Source: a virus. From it: a stretch of DNA of 64,000 nt. Below are positions 28,601 to 37,200 of this stretch, in pieces. The position numbers and the translations under genes are program-made. The stretch spans positions 15,320-79,319 of the IMG/VR virus record IMGVR_UViG_3300008108_000034; one strand, given 5' to 3'. Numbering within the stretch: position 1 is the stretch's first letter; every line of letters starts with the position of its first letter. The notes under the pieces were generated by a model. It was given only the letters and a program-made list of their open reading frames with translations, did not search any database and had not been told where the DNA came from.

Positions 28601-31600
28601 CGCAAAAGCTGAAACCTCCATGGTTTCAAGGAATGTCTTGACAACAGGATTGTTCATGTCAAGCATCGGATTGTTCATGAAATATTCCTGGAATCCGTTG
28701 TAATACTCTGAAATAAGCGCATCAAGACCTCCTTCAATGTCCATCTTATCCGTATCAGGATCGGTCATTGATTGGAGTTTCATGATCATCACATATGCAG
28801 GAGTCGGCTTTACATATTTGTGAACCAGGTTTCCATTGGCATCTCTGGTGACACTTCCTCCGATACGTGGATTGTATTTCAATATAAAAGATCCGAGTGA
28901 ACGAATGTATGCCTCGCGCAACCTTATGATGTCATTGTCAATCTGTATTCCACGTGCGGCATCGGTTTTTTCCTTTTCAGTCCTTGATGCCGCCTTTGTC
29001 ATCACAGTTGGAATCTGTTTACTCCAGAACTCATAACTCAGGTTCTTTATTTCCTTCAACAGCGACTTGTTCATACGGAACATGTTGCGAAGGGTGCTGT
29101 CCGGACTGAAGTTGGAAGGATTTGAATCCGTTTTCAAATACATCTGCCAACCCAATGAAATCATGATTGCACTATACGGTATGTTCAGATTGAATTTGGA
29201 TATGGCAACATAGACGTCATCTATGAAGCTTTGGAATGCCGCATCATTGAACATCTCCTTCTGACTACCTGTGAAGAAAGCGTCCTTCAATGAAGCCGAT
29301 GACTTGAATATGGTGGCTATCGACTTAAGCATGTTTATGCTCTCGATGATTTCCTCCTTGTCCAACGCCATTGTATTGATTCGTTCAGTGATTTCAGTAC
29401 GGATGCGGTTTATGTCCGCTCCCACTACGATATCATCAACCCTGTATGTCTGCTCTTTCGCTTGCAGCTTTTCACCTTTTTCGGCTCCAAGTCTTGTTTC
29501 CGTCTTAACCTGCAACAAGTGTGCGTCAACGGTATTGAACACATCCTGGAACATGACCATGACATGTTTGTTTCTTACCGCAGCACCTGCTTCGGTTATG
29601 CCAGTGGTTGAAGCAAGGGTATTGTAGACACCCATCAAAGAGTCTCTCAATTCCAATGTCTGCGCAATATCATCAGGCATGTAGAAACCGTAATCCATCC
29701 TTGAAACAAGGACATTGTTGTAATGCGTGAGTATTGAATTGAGACGTGATATCTCCGTAAGTATGGCGGGAACGATTTCAGACTTTGAAAGATTTGTTGT
29801 TATCTTCCTGATTGTGCTGAATATGAGTTTGCTGTCCACCATCTTGGTCCTTTTGACACCAAGTTGCGGATCAGTGTATTCATAAGGAATGTATTTGAAC
29901 AGCTTTCTGAAATATGAACTTCCTTCATATGGAGCCTTGTTTGCAAAACCGAGGTTGGCAAACTGTTGTCCTGACTCTTGTTCTTCATCTTCAACCTGGA
30001 AGTCCTGTTCCAAATCCTGAGTGTCATCGAAAGTGGATTCGTTATACACTTCCCTGAACTCGTCAAGCACATGGTTTTTGAACTTCTGTGCGTTCTTTTG
30101 ACTTATTTGTGTCTGGATCTTGCTGTTTATCACCAGACTGTCATTCGTTGAATCGTTGGTGTAATTCCTCCATGTGAAAGACTCTGTGTTGCCGTCCTCT
30201 CCAGGAATGTGCATTGTTCCAAGCAACCAGCGGGCGTTTTCATAATGTGATCCATAACGCTCGATTATGCTTTGCTCCTGATCAGGAAACTGTCTGATTA
30301 GATTCTCGATTTTGTAATCCTGCAACACACGCAATCTGGCAAGGTTGAACAACTGATTCATCTTCAGATCAGGATCGCTGTTCTCAACACGTATCTGCGC
30401 CATCGCATAGACCATCTTGTCACGGAGTTCCGAAGTGACATATGACGGTATTATCTGATTTCCGAACTTAGGCTGGTTTCCATTGCCGAACGTTATGAAT
30501 GGAATACTCTTGTAATCCATGCTGTAAACGGAATCGGTATCCTTTGTCGCATCCCTTAATGCGGTATTCCTGTATTTGCCAAGTGTGATGTCATAATAAA
30601 GGTTCTGTATGCGACCTTCCTTCTTGAACATGTTGATCATCTTCTTCAACCATGTGAAGAGTTTTTCCATCCATGTCTTGGGGACTTTGTTGGTCTCCAT
30701 GAAGGATGCGAAACCGTCAGCGAGATACTCCTCGTATATCAGGTTCTTGATTTGCTCGTCTGTAAGGTGTCCATAGCTGCGACGCTCCCTGAACTCGCTT
30801 GCATAAACCTTTTCACTACCTACCTGTATGTATTTACCCTTGCTATCTGTCTTGTAATCACCGAGAAGCTTACCCACTTCCTTCAGGTAGTACACCTGGT
30901 GTGCTGGACTAAGCAGTCTTCTGAATACTCCGTGGAACGCTTCATGGTATACGACACCTTTCACTCTCAAGGTTTCATTGAGGTATATGACGGTGTCTCG
31001 GTAATAACCCAGTACATGTCCATCGACATTCATTCCCTGAAGATCATCCTTCCTCACAAAGGAGAAGGCATCTGGAATAAGTGCGCTTATCACACGTATT
31101 TCCTCTGAACGGTCTTCTTCCGAAAGAGCCACAAAGCTTTCGACGTTTGTACCTAGTTTGAAGTTTGTGATATCCTCATCCTGGGATGTCTGGTCAAGAT
31201 TGTTCCAATCTATCGCCGTACCTGCCGATGTCTTTTCATTGGATACGGTGGGATCGACAGAAGGAGTGGAATGATCCACGTCAACAACCTCAGCTGAGAC
31301 ATCATAATCCTTTCCCTTGGCGGGAGCAGCAGGTGCTTTTCTTTTGATGACAGGAATCACTATCCGCTTTGCAATGTCCCTTGGGGAAATCACAAGTTCA
31401 TTGCGAGTTTGTATCTTCTTGGTGAAGAAGTTGTTACGGATATCCTCCTTTGCAATCCTTCTTTGAACTTTCAGTACTTTCCCATCAAACAACGCATAGT
31501 TCACAAATTCATCAGGGATGAGACCTGGAGAAACTCTTCCGTCATCACGAGCCTTTTGATAGTTGTTTATGATGTCATCAAACCTTTTACGAATCGAATC

Positions 31601-34261
31601 TATAAAATTACTGTACTTGTCCCCAAGGGAACCTACCAAAGGATTGCTGAATCCAGCAAGTGATCCTGCTTCAGAAGCTATTTGTCCTACACGCTCCATT
31701 GTCATGTCTGGAGTTATCTTGTCAAGACCGTAACCTGATACAATCTGGTTTGTCAATTCAAACATCTGATCGAGCTGCTCCGATTTGAAGACAATGTTCA
31801 TGTTAGCCTTGGCGTAGGTGTTGAACCTTTCCACCACATCAGCAGGACGTCCTTCACCTTCAAGCATGACAAAACGGATTCCAAAGGTTTTCTTGTCACC
31901 TTGTTGTTTCAGGATGACTATCTCTGGACGAATCCCCATGTTCTTCATGACATCGAATCCCCAACCTTTGTCGTTGAAGTCGATCATCGCTCTGTTTCCT
32001 TTTTCAATGGATGCGTTGTTGAAAGCATGTTGCATGCTTGCAAAAAAGTCAACCAAGTCAGAAGGTGTATTGACATTCCTACGGTACACCAATGGTATGA
32101 CCCTTGGAATAAGTTGATCAGCCTTGCTGATGAAAGATATGTAAACCGAGTTGTTTGTGTTGAAGTTCTTCTTGACAAAATCAATGATGTCAATGTTCAA
32201 TGAATCCTTGATATAACGTTCAACAGTCATATAGGTGTTTCCATTGGCGTCAATGATCCTCTTACCAAAAGGTAATGTATTGACTATCTCCCACGTAGCT
32301 TTTGTTTTACGCATTACGATCGGAACCCTGTGTTCGGTAGCTATACCCACAGGATTTCCTTGAGCATCCACATCTTGAAGAGGTATGGCAAGACGTCCTT
32401 CATGAGCATCTATGAAATCCCCGAGGTTTTGAACCTGCTCATTGCCTTCATCCATCTTGGTTTCAACAACGGCATTGGACAAGTCATAATACCTGTAGAA
32501 GATATCCCTGATGTCAATGTTCTGGTTTCCTGTGGATGCGATTCGTTTAGCGACTTCCATTTCGAAAGCCTTGTATGTCCTGATCGCTGTACGAAGCTGA
32601 TCGATCTCCTTGTCACCAACAGTATTCTCATATCGAAGAACCTGTTCTCCACCGAATGCATCCATGTAGGAATCATCCCTGTAATTGATCATGTTCTTCA
32701 GCATCTGAACATGCTCAGGATTTTCGATGTCCAGTTGTACAACCGTGTTGTTTGGATATACAAATGCAAGGTCGGTCAAAGGTGTAAGCTCAAAAGACAT
32801 GTCTCCTTTGAAATTGCTGACCGATATGTTGAATCCGTACGGACGTCTTATGAAAGAAAGAACAGGATTGTTGTTGTTACCCTGTTCAAGAGCACTCATT
32901 TGTGCAGGAAGTTCTGTTGTCTCGAACATCCTGGATCCAAGAGTTGGAAACATCGCACGAATCCTGTTCAATCGATTCGCATTCATGCGTGCCGTATCCG
33001 TAGTTGCAGTGATGCGTATGAAATTGTAGAATCTCTGGTCCACAGGCATCTGAGCGGCAATCATCTCACGTATGGTCTGCTCCGCACCTTCGATCTTCTC
33101 ATTTCCCAGAATAAGTCCTGTGATAAGATTCTCCATCTTCATGCGAAGATTGAGTGTCTTCTTGTCAATATGTTCAGGATTGTCCTTCCTGTAAATAGCG
33201 GTTACTTGATCGCCAGGCAGTCTTTCAACCTCAGTACCTTCAAGAGTCCTGTATTTATTTGCAATAGTGGGATCATATATGACTTCAATCTTGGTACCGT
33301 CAGCTCTTCTCAATACTTGAACGGAACGTCCTGAAACCATGCCGATGCCTTCCGCATTGCTGAGTCTGACATAGTCCTTTCCAAACTCACGCGTCTCGGT
33401 GATTGCAGTTATTGCAGAATCCAGAAAGTCAAGTGTCGTTGTCTTCATGCTTGACTCAGGACGTCTTCTGATCGTATCCTGCATGCTTTTAAGATAACTC
33501 AAAACGACGGATCCTTCAGCACCTGAAGCAAATGCTTCAAGTTCCGATGAGTTCTCCTCTATCATATTGACAAGAGTCATCGTTGTGGACGCAAGTGACA
33601 CATCGGATACGGTTTCGAGGTCTGCTATTTCATCACTTATTATTTCATCAAGTGTGGTGGATTTTTCAGTTTTTATTTCGGATTCAACAGGTAGATTCAA
33701 TTCCTCACCACCAGTGTATTCAACCTCAGGTAGTGATACTGTTTCAGATTTTCCACCGAGGTATCCTTTCTCTTCCCACAAACGTTCATCTCTTTCCTGC
33801 TCCCTCAAGTCATCAAGCTCACGTCTGAGCGCCTCAGCTTCAAAAGGATCAGTCAGCACTGCTTCCTTGAATGCACTGTTCTTCTCCGCAATCTGTCCAA
33901 CAGTTGTCTTTGTTGAAGGAGCGGGAGTCTCAGCGCGTTTTGGAAAGAATGCCTTTATCTGTTCTACAATCGCATCATAATCAAAATCCTTGTCGCCATT
34001 CAAAAAAGGTTTCAGGTAGTTGTTCAACTTGGCATATACTCGGCTTTTCCACTCAGGTGTCTGGAGTCTGGTGATCTGAAATGCTGCGGTATCTACAAAT
34101 CCTGCATAAAACCATACGGCATGTATCTTGGACTCAGGAGCAATTGGTTGGTTCAGGACATCCTGTATGACAGCGGAAAGGTTCTTATACTTTTCAAAGT
34201 CATGCCTGTAAGCCTGATACAATGCATCTTCTAGATTGGATGAAGGAATCTGACAGCTCAT
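22679..34261 (-). CDS. giant virion RNA polymerase (double-psi beta-barrel, phi14:2 gp66/crAss-like) fused to a zincin metallopeptidase
   Basis: 3860 aa. RIPT...SM followed by the SGSDFDIDTL catalytic loop (DFDID at 26105-26119); HEAFH...EEYLAD zincin (30932-30946). Confidence 0.88.
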   Translation of the reverse strand: MSCQIPSSNLEDALYQAYRHDFEKYKNLSAVIQDVLNQPIAPESKIHAVWFYAGFVDTAAFQITRLQTPEWKSRVYAKLNNYLKPFLNGDKDFDYDAIVEQIKAFFPKRAETPAPSTKTTVGQIAEKNSAFKEAVLTDPFEAEALRRELDDLREQERDERLWEEKGYLGGKSETVSLPEVEYTGGEELNLPVESEIKTEKSTTLDEIISDEIADLETVSDVSLASTTMTLVNMIEENSSELEAFASGAEGSVVLSYLKSMQDTIRRRPESSMKTTTLDFLDSAITAITETREFGKDYVRLSNAEGIGMVSGRSVQVLRRADGTKIEVIYDPTIANKYRTLEGTEVERLPGDQVTAIYRKDNPEHIDKKTLNLRMKMENLITGLILGNEKIEGAEQTIREMIAAQMPVDQRFYNFIRITATTDTARMNANRLNRIRAMFPTLGSRMFETTELPAQMSALEQGNNNNPVLSFIRRPYGFNISVSNFKGDMSFELTPLTDLAFVYPNNTVVQLDIENPEHVQMLKNMINYRDDSYMDAFGGEQVLRYENTVGDKEIDQLRTAIRTYKAFEMEVAKRIASTGNQNIDIRDIFYRYYDLSNAVVETKMDEGNEQVQNLGDFIDAHEGRLAIPLQDVDAQGNPVGIATEHRVPIVMRKTKATWEIVNTLPFGKRIIDANGNTYMTVERYIKDSLNIDIIDFVKKNFNTNNSVYISFISKADQLIPRVIPLVYRRNVNTPSDLVDFFASMQHAFNNASIEKGNRAMIDFNDKGWGFDVMKNMGIRPEIVILKQQGDKKTFGIRFVMLEGEGRPADVVERFNTYAKANMNIVFKSEQLDQMFELTNQIVSGYGLDKITPDMTMERVGQIASEAGSLAGFSNPLVGSLGDKYSNFIDSIRKRFDDIINNYQKARDDGRVSPGLIPDEFVNYALFDGKVLKVQRRIAKEDIRNNFFTKKIQTRNELVISPRDIAKRIVIPVIKRKAPAAPAKGKDYDVSAEVVDVDHSTPSVDPTVSNEKTSAGTAIDWNNLDQTSQDEDITNFKLGTNVESFVALSEEDRSEEIRVISALIPDAFSFVRKDDLQGMNVDGHVLGYYRDTVIYLNETLRVKGVVYHEAFHGVFRRLLSPAHQVYYLKEVGKLLGDYKTDSKGKYIQVGSEKVYASEFRERRSYGHLTDEQIKNLIYEEYLADGFASFMETNKVPKTWMEKLFTWLKKMINMFKKEGRIQNLYYDITLGKYRNTALRDATKDTDSVYSMDYKSIPFITFGNGNQPKFGNQIIPSYVTSELRDKMVYAMAQIRVENSDPDLKMNQLFNLARLRVLQDYKIENLIRQFPDQEQSIIERYGSHYENARWLLGTMHIPGEDGNTESFTWRNYTNDSTNDSLVINSKIQTQISQKNAQKFKNHVLDEFREVYNESTFDDTQDLEQDFQVEDEEQESGQQFANLGFANKAPYEGSSYFRKLFKYIPYEYTDPQLGVKRTKMVDSKLIFSTIRKITTNLSKSEIVPAILTEISRLNSILTHYNNVLVSRMDYGFYMPDDIAQTLELRDSLMGVYNTLASTTGITEAGAAVRNKHVMVMFQDVFNTVDAHLLQVKTETRLGAEKGEKLQAKEQTYRVDDIVVGADINRIRTEITERINTMALDKEEIIESINMLKSIATIFKSSASLKDAFFTGSQKEMFNDAAFQSFIDDVYVAISKFNLNIPYSAIMISLGWQMYLKTDSNPSNFSPDSTLRNMFRMNKSLLKEIKNLSYEFWSKQIPTVMTKAASRTEKEKTDAARGIQIDNDIIRLREAYIRSLGSFILKYNPRIGGSVTRDANGNLVHKYVKPTPAYVMIMKLQSMTDPDTDKMDIEGGLDALISEYYNGFQEYFMNNPMLDMNNPVVKTFLETMEVSAFAGFAQKYNIFQNEKQGDTSSFKGIDEKSFMLSMFGLFQSMRDVSIPGTNTTRKLFKRILTQYEATSTSIVVDGIYKEYFDAAGKQNKVGKFASHVVDLMKVIRQEYELMRKNHRELNDESVKRYEGYNDSEFNQKGQLNRGFTFNILADMFGLTADPDNVNETVSNRISNRKMLEEMAKQDKSWDSIVADPENTAALVDMVSEFAEEQYDRFETYLKEIGIGKETIKNDAGQLETVFTDVDLPTTGSPEQFKRNFFFNNWINSIFVNQIFDGPIAVGISSFANFYKRQKSGAAAGSNIYDPNRSQYGDVTTYRSSVLKDFVMYIDKNDLTKPLSLTPYEGDGNTAVQAFDGQSLNTIDRRMRMAEAAGQLDPESMQIMRRMRYETRSTRQYRDGIRRLRDAGIVFNSVKSVTAAFQYIKQSEHTFIRKEVSMLRPDLNYDTAMLELEQLYDIADYYAMQLEAGIDEMEMDPETNESTPISELYKKTMAAIHGYFVPSTKGPLGGFLHNLLNSMEYHRIEQVYDTNSSKRATVAPLDYNMITDAAPGVYLDLEKSLDNIPNELTYNQVGTSKISNRITAGIQQKLLLISQLDPNDKRYKAIKDDIETYQKGLAEAVDSQVKRMMRMFNTSDEKIVGKLYDNIRAGLRDQGADATLLQYFEVDKSGKPIFPPSMPRLANILVYYYFSIFNKNVFDKKTEGRKYYHVSPIMYPVMEMNGKVVKRADYKRNPQDYRNAKSRYLTIEKEEIEVRGEDGKMVKKDLYTVEVVIPRELKNVDQKFVEEYLSKFFATRIPTEDKRSMFIAKVVDYMDEAYGSGIIVPSQMHMLSGSDFDIDTLYAYIRSSYYAVDGTRIAYGNYKHYIEKYGMSQNEAKFIEYLTSLGRDDIMSDIISDEIRKIKDDAGYRKEQAYAFGELFGGKLNDYFTKNASVLEETENFENEQMIDTFRRLIATYNVLQKMKDSDLPTRPDELEAYEKESKSNPVTEVILNKVLDAKMNILSNPNVYERFLADKKMTADQAVAPIATLVKRRGLTEKDIYNRQNVYTPTALAVARSLNSESKDSLGIAASFNKGVSMLVTVGAEINKQMSPSMYTEIGGKLQKVNTNKIVSDSVQLVGALIGMFADAPKTPYHGPLHLNSTTTPILAAMLSIGVPQNAAILFQSLPIIVDVVNEYNQTYGSTYSRTNRRRRMGFNTFLKKYMNSILENSSEARTKLDATLVKKDYVIDQTSYKIIFNDDVSKDDPQDVIDKTVPISNFGYKITDKNNVSVSREIENLVIINEFLKYSELANEISFNISVLTDPMKALRPDMDRMDRLITTYRKAKKGEMNFFTKESMTKLFATYPVLDANMRALEYMDKVSNKVLIERTSMMRGLMLLFENIYGYDKQQIRKDINAFIGLQLQRATMEQQKEDVLPQIYMEMLDPENFLSGQIVSDYHDLLRQYPNNEFLKAIKVVSIGRTKNIRVLEMATSRLGASGREAAYADLLHLMTGDSVTKEKAHRIAYYGMIKAGAQSAEGGFYEILPAKLSQPMAQAIWNLQEDLVKLDDDMLKLAKKNPSKYTVELIGTGVFKMSDSAKEIYAERLNKIVSSNFGNMNLGDVITEAISKIISYRMMNDMEENTMVNTIDQEKINKKYFSKQEDKLLGRTMLEFFETVTGDNSRLIVKYSESKEGVKGISRPAIPGAPSVNVKSDKFDLFTPNEEGKLTISIPELEKDSQKQNFYNTMLYESGILRANEGYKFPLYRVNMYNQMMVLKTIDGKSLGEAFISTLAQNENSEIDPTLDLIGMSAEYEVVVKQGSKHVSPLAFSMKEGAQITNMLEGRAQSTTIMKSVDLPRNASVMKNKMYMISVSSVPTGNHKNKVFTRMDGSKVQTNSRLNKYQFVDGRLLQFPDAKNIANEIPKERLDSFADIFGFADWQMMIESPKFEGFVKGKESIFVYDLQNNDIPADPLTQRDDDITIEDMNRQIDEEDNRCVSG

Positions 34262-37200
34262 TTATTCGCAGTATGTTGAATTTGAATTAAGTGATGAGAA
34301 GGGATTCACGTTAGGATCCCTTAATAATGTTGAATCGGAATTTCTGATTGAATCCTGTATTCTGGATATCTTCCTGACTCCAATCTTGTTGATTTTCTTG
34401 GTGTCATTACGCAAGGAAACCTTTTGTACTTTATCAGCGGTGACACCTTCCCTTTGGGATCTTGCAGCCTTCTTGCGTTTTTTCTCAGCGGTCTTTTCAA
34501 CCTGGTCTATTGCTTCGGCAACTGACTTTCTCTTTCTACCTTTTTTTGTTGCAGGCTCTCCTTGTACTGTTTCAGCACCTGGTTTGCGTTTTCCGGACTT
34601 ATCAGCTTTAGCAGACTTTTCAGCTCGTTCCTTTTTCGTAGTATTTCTACGCGTAGCTGTTCTTTGTTTTTGTCCTCTTGTTCCATCTTTCTTATCCTGT
34701 TCAGTTAAAAGTTGGTCTATTGGATTTATATACTCCTTTGTCAGCTGGGTAAGATACCCGTTTACAATAGGATTGTTGATGTATATGCTCCAGTTTTTCT
34801 TAATACTCTTACGCAAGTCGCTTGCCCACAATGCAAGTTCAACAAGCTCATCCTGAGTCATTTGGGAACGTGTCTCTGGATTACCAAATTTAGTTCTTAA
34901 TAATGTAATATTTTCAGGAGTATTGACATTTATTATCTTGTTCAGTTTGAACTGATCAACAATCTCCCTTCTTGTACGTTGTTCTACACTTTCGGTTTCA
35001 ATGATATTGTCGACAGCCGCAATCGCCTGATCAAGAATATCACTCATTTCCTGCATTTCTTCAATACTTTCAGGAATATCAGCCATTGTAAGCTGCAAAT
35101 GAGAGTTCACAAGTGCGGCATACTGCTGAGCTTTTCTTTCAGATGCTGTACGGTATCCGACATATTTAGCCTCTTGTTTTGGTCCATATGTCAAATCGTA
35201 TGGTTCGGCAAGCTTCAAACGCTCACGCACCATACGTGTTTTGTTTCCTTTCTTGCGTTCGTAATCCCTTACAAATCCTGTAATCTCACCTTTGTCATTA
35301 TACTCAATATTCCATACTACACCGTTTATGATTATTGACTTGACACTCTTCACACCATCCTCAACATCAACTACGTAATCAATGGTCATTTCACCGCTCT
35401 CAGTTGATTCTACGACTGGATTGGAAGTCGGAGAAATCAATTCCTTGTCTTCCTCAGGTAGTAACGGATATGCGGGACTTATGTCAGTGTAGTCATTGAA
35501 CGATGATTCCTCGTTTGAATCGGGTAACTCGGTGCGTGTTCCATCAGGATATTCCACATAGAAACCACCGTCTTCATTCATCTGAAGGGTACCTGTGTTT
35601 CCTGCAACTACAACAGTGTTGCCGACGTGATTGGCAAGTTTCGCCTTTTCATCGTCAATCTGTTCTGTCTTTTCATCAGTCTGCTGGCTGGTAGGAGTTT
35701 CCCTTAGACTGACATCATAGTTCATTTGTTCACGAATCTTCAAGTATTCCTTGAGGATCTCCATGTTGTCAATAGGAACAAGTTCACCTGTCTGATACAG
35801 ATCATACTCCGTATGGACTGTGATCTGTTTTTCAAAAGCAATTCTTGTACCATCAGGATGCAGGTAATACCTGGTGACCTTTCTTTGACTCAAGTCTGTA
35901 CTTTCAAAAGGGAAGTTGTTTGCAAGATCTTCAAAATCATAGCGCATTGCCATGTATTCCTCGGCTTGCTGTAGCGTATCGGGATTATTATAAAGCTCTT
36001 CTATGTTCACAGGACTCTTGGACTGGAGTATCCTCTCTTGTTTAATCCTTTCTTCCGTCTTTTTTTTATCTTGCTCTACTTGTTCTGCAAAAATTTCCTG
36101 AAGTTTACCAAGCACCAGTTCATCCTTCTTTTTTACAACTTCGTCCATTATCTTCTGGAGCTTGCTGTAATTGTTGTATGTACCGTAAGGAGTTTTGCTG
36201 AAGGCAAGAAGGTCGTCCATCAGTTTTTTAACCTCAGGGGTCTCTATGAAATTCTTACCGACCTCGCTGATTTTACCCATCTCCTGGTAGTCCTCATAAA
36301 GACGTCTGGCATGCGCTCCCGCGCGCGCATCCATGATGTTCTCGTAATACTTTGTGAAGTTGTCAGGATCACTCAATAGATTGACCGCCTGTATGTATTC
36401 ATTGTGATCGCGTCCAAGAGTGACATAATCATATATGTCATTCAAGGCATCCCTCACTTCTTGCTGGTTTACCGCGGTGTTTATACCGTTTTGTCGGTTC
36501 TTTATCTCAAGGTATTCCGAAAGCACGCTGGCAGCACTGTCCATTTCGGATTTCACCCTGGTTTTCTTTGGTACAGTGTATCTGATGATTTTGGTCGCAT
36601 CATTCGGATCCTCCTCTTCGACAACCTCATACATGTCCTTTTCCATGGTTTCAAGAAGCTCTTTCTCACGCTTCTTGTCTTTGATCATCTCAAGTACACG
36701 CGGACTCTTGTCAGTGCCTTCTTCCAGTGTCTTTATCTCGTTGTTCAATACAAGCATGTTATCCCGTATCTCATCAGGACTGATGATGGTGTTGAACGAG
36801 GATGAAAGACTGTTACCGATACTGGGTAATGAGCTTAACCTGCGGAGTATCTCCTCACTTCTAATGGTGGATTGCTGACCTTTTGCCTCGGCGAAAGCGA
36901 CTGTTGTGATGGCATCCATCAACGCCGCTTTCCTGATGCTGTACTTCATCCTTCCCGCATCGTCACCCATGTATTGGTCCAGACTGAGCATCAAACCGTA
37001 TTTTGTCTGATACTTGTCATACAGATCGCTGTATCTTTTGACATTTCCAGCAATCTCATCCATCACTTCCTTGGGTGATGATTTCCCAAGGTCTTGCGGT
37101 GAGTAGCCAAATGCTTCCTGGAACTCCGTTGGACTGAAGTTGTCACCATAACCATTCAGGAACTCTGTCATGTAATCCATCGTACCTGTGCGCTTGGCAT

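Noticed and set aside
3289-34261. Inteins or group I introns in polB or the RNAP
   Set aside because: No frame breaks, and no LAGLIDADG/HNH or C...HN-(C/S/T) splice motifs were noticed.
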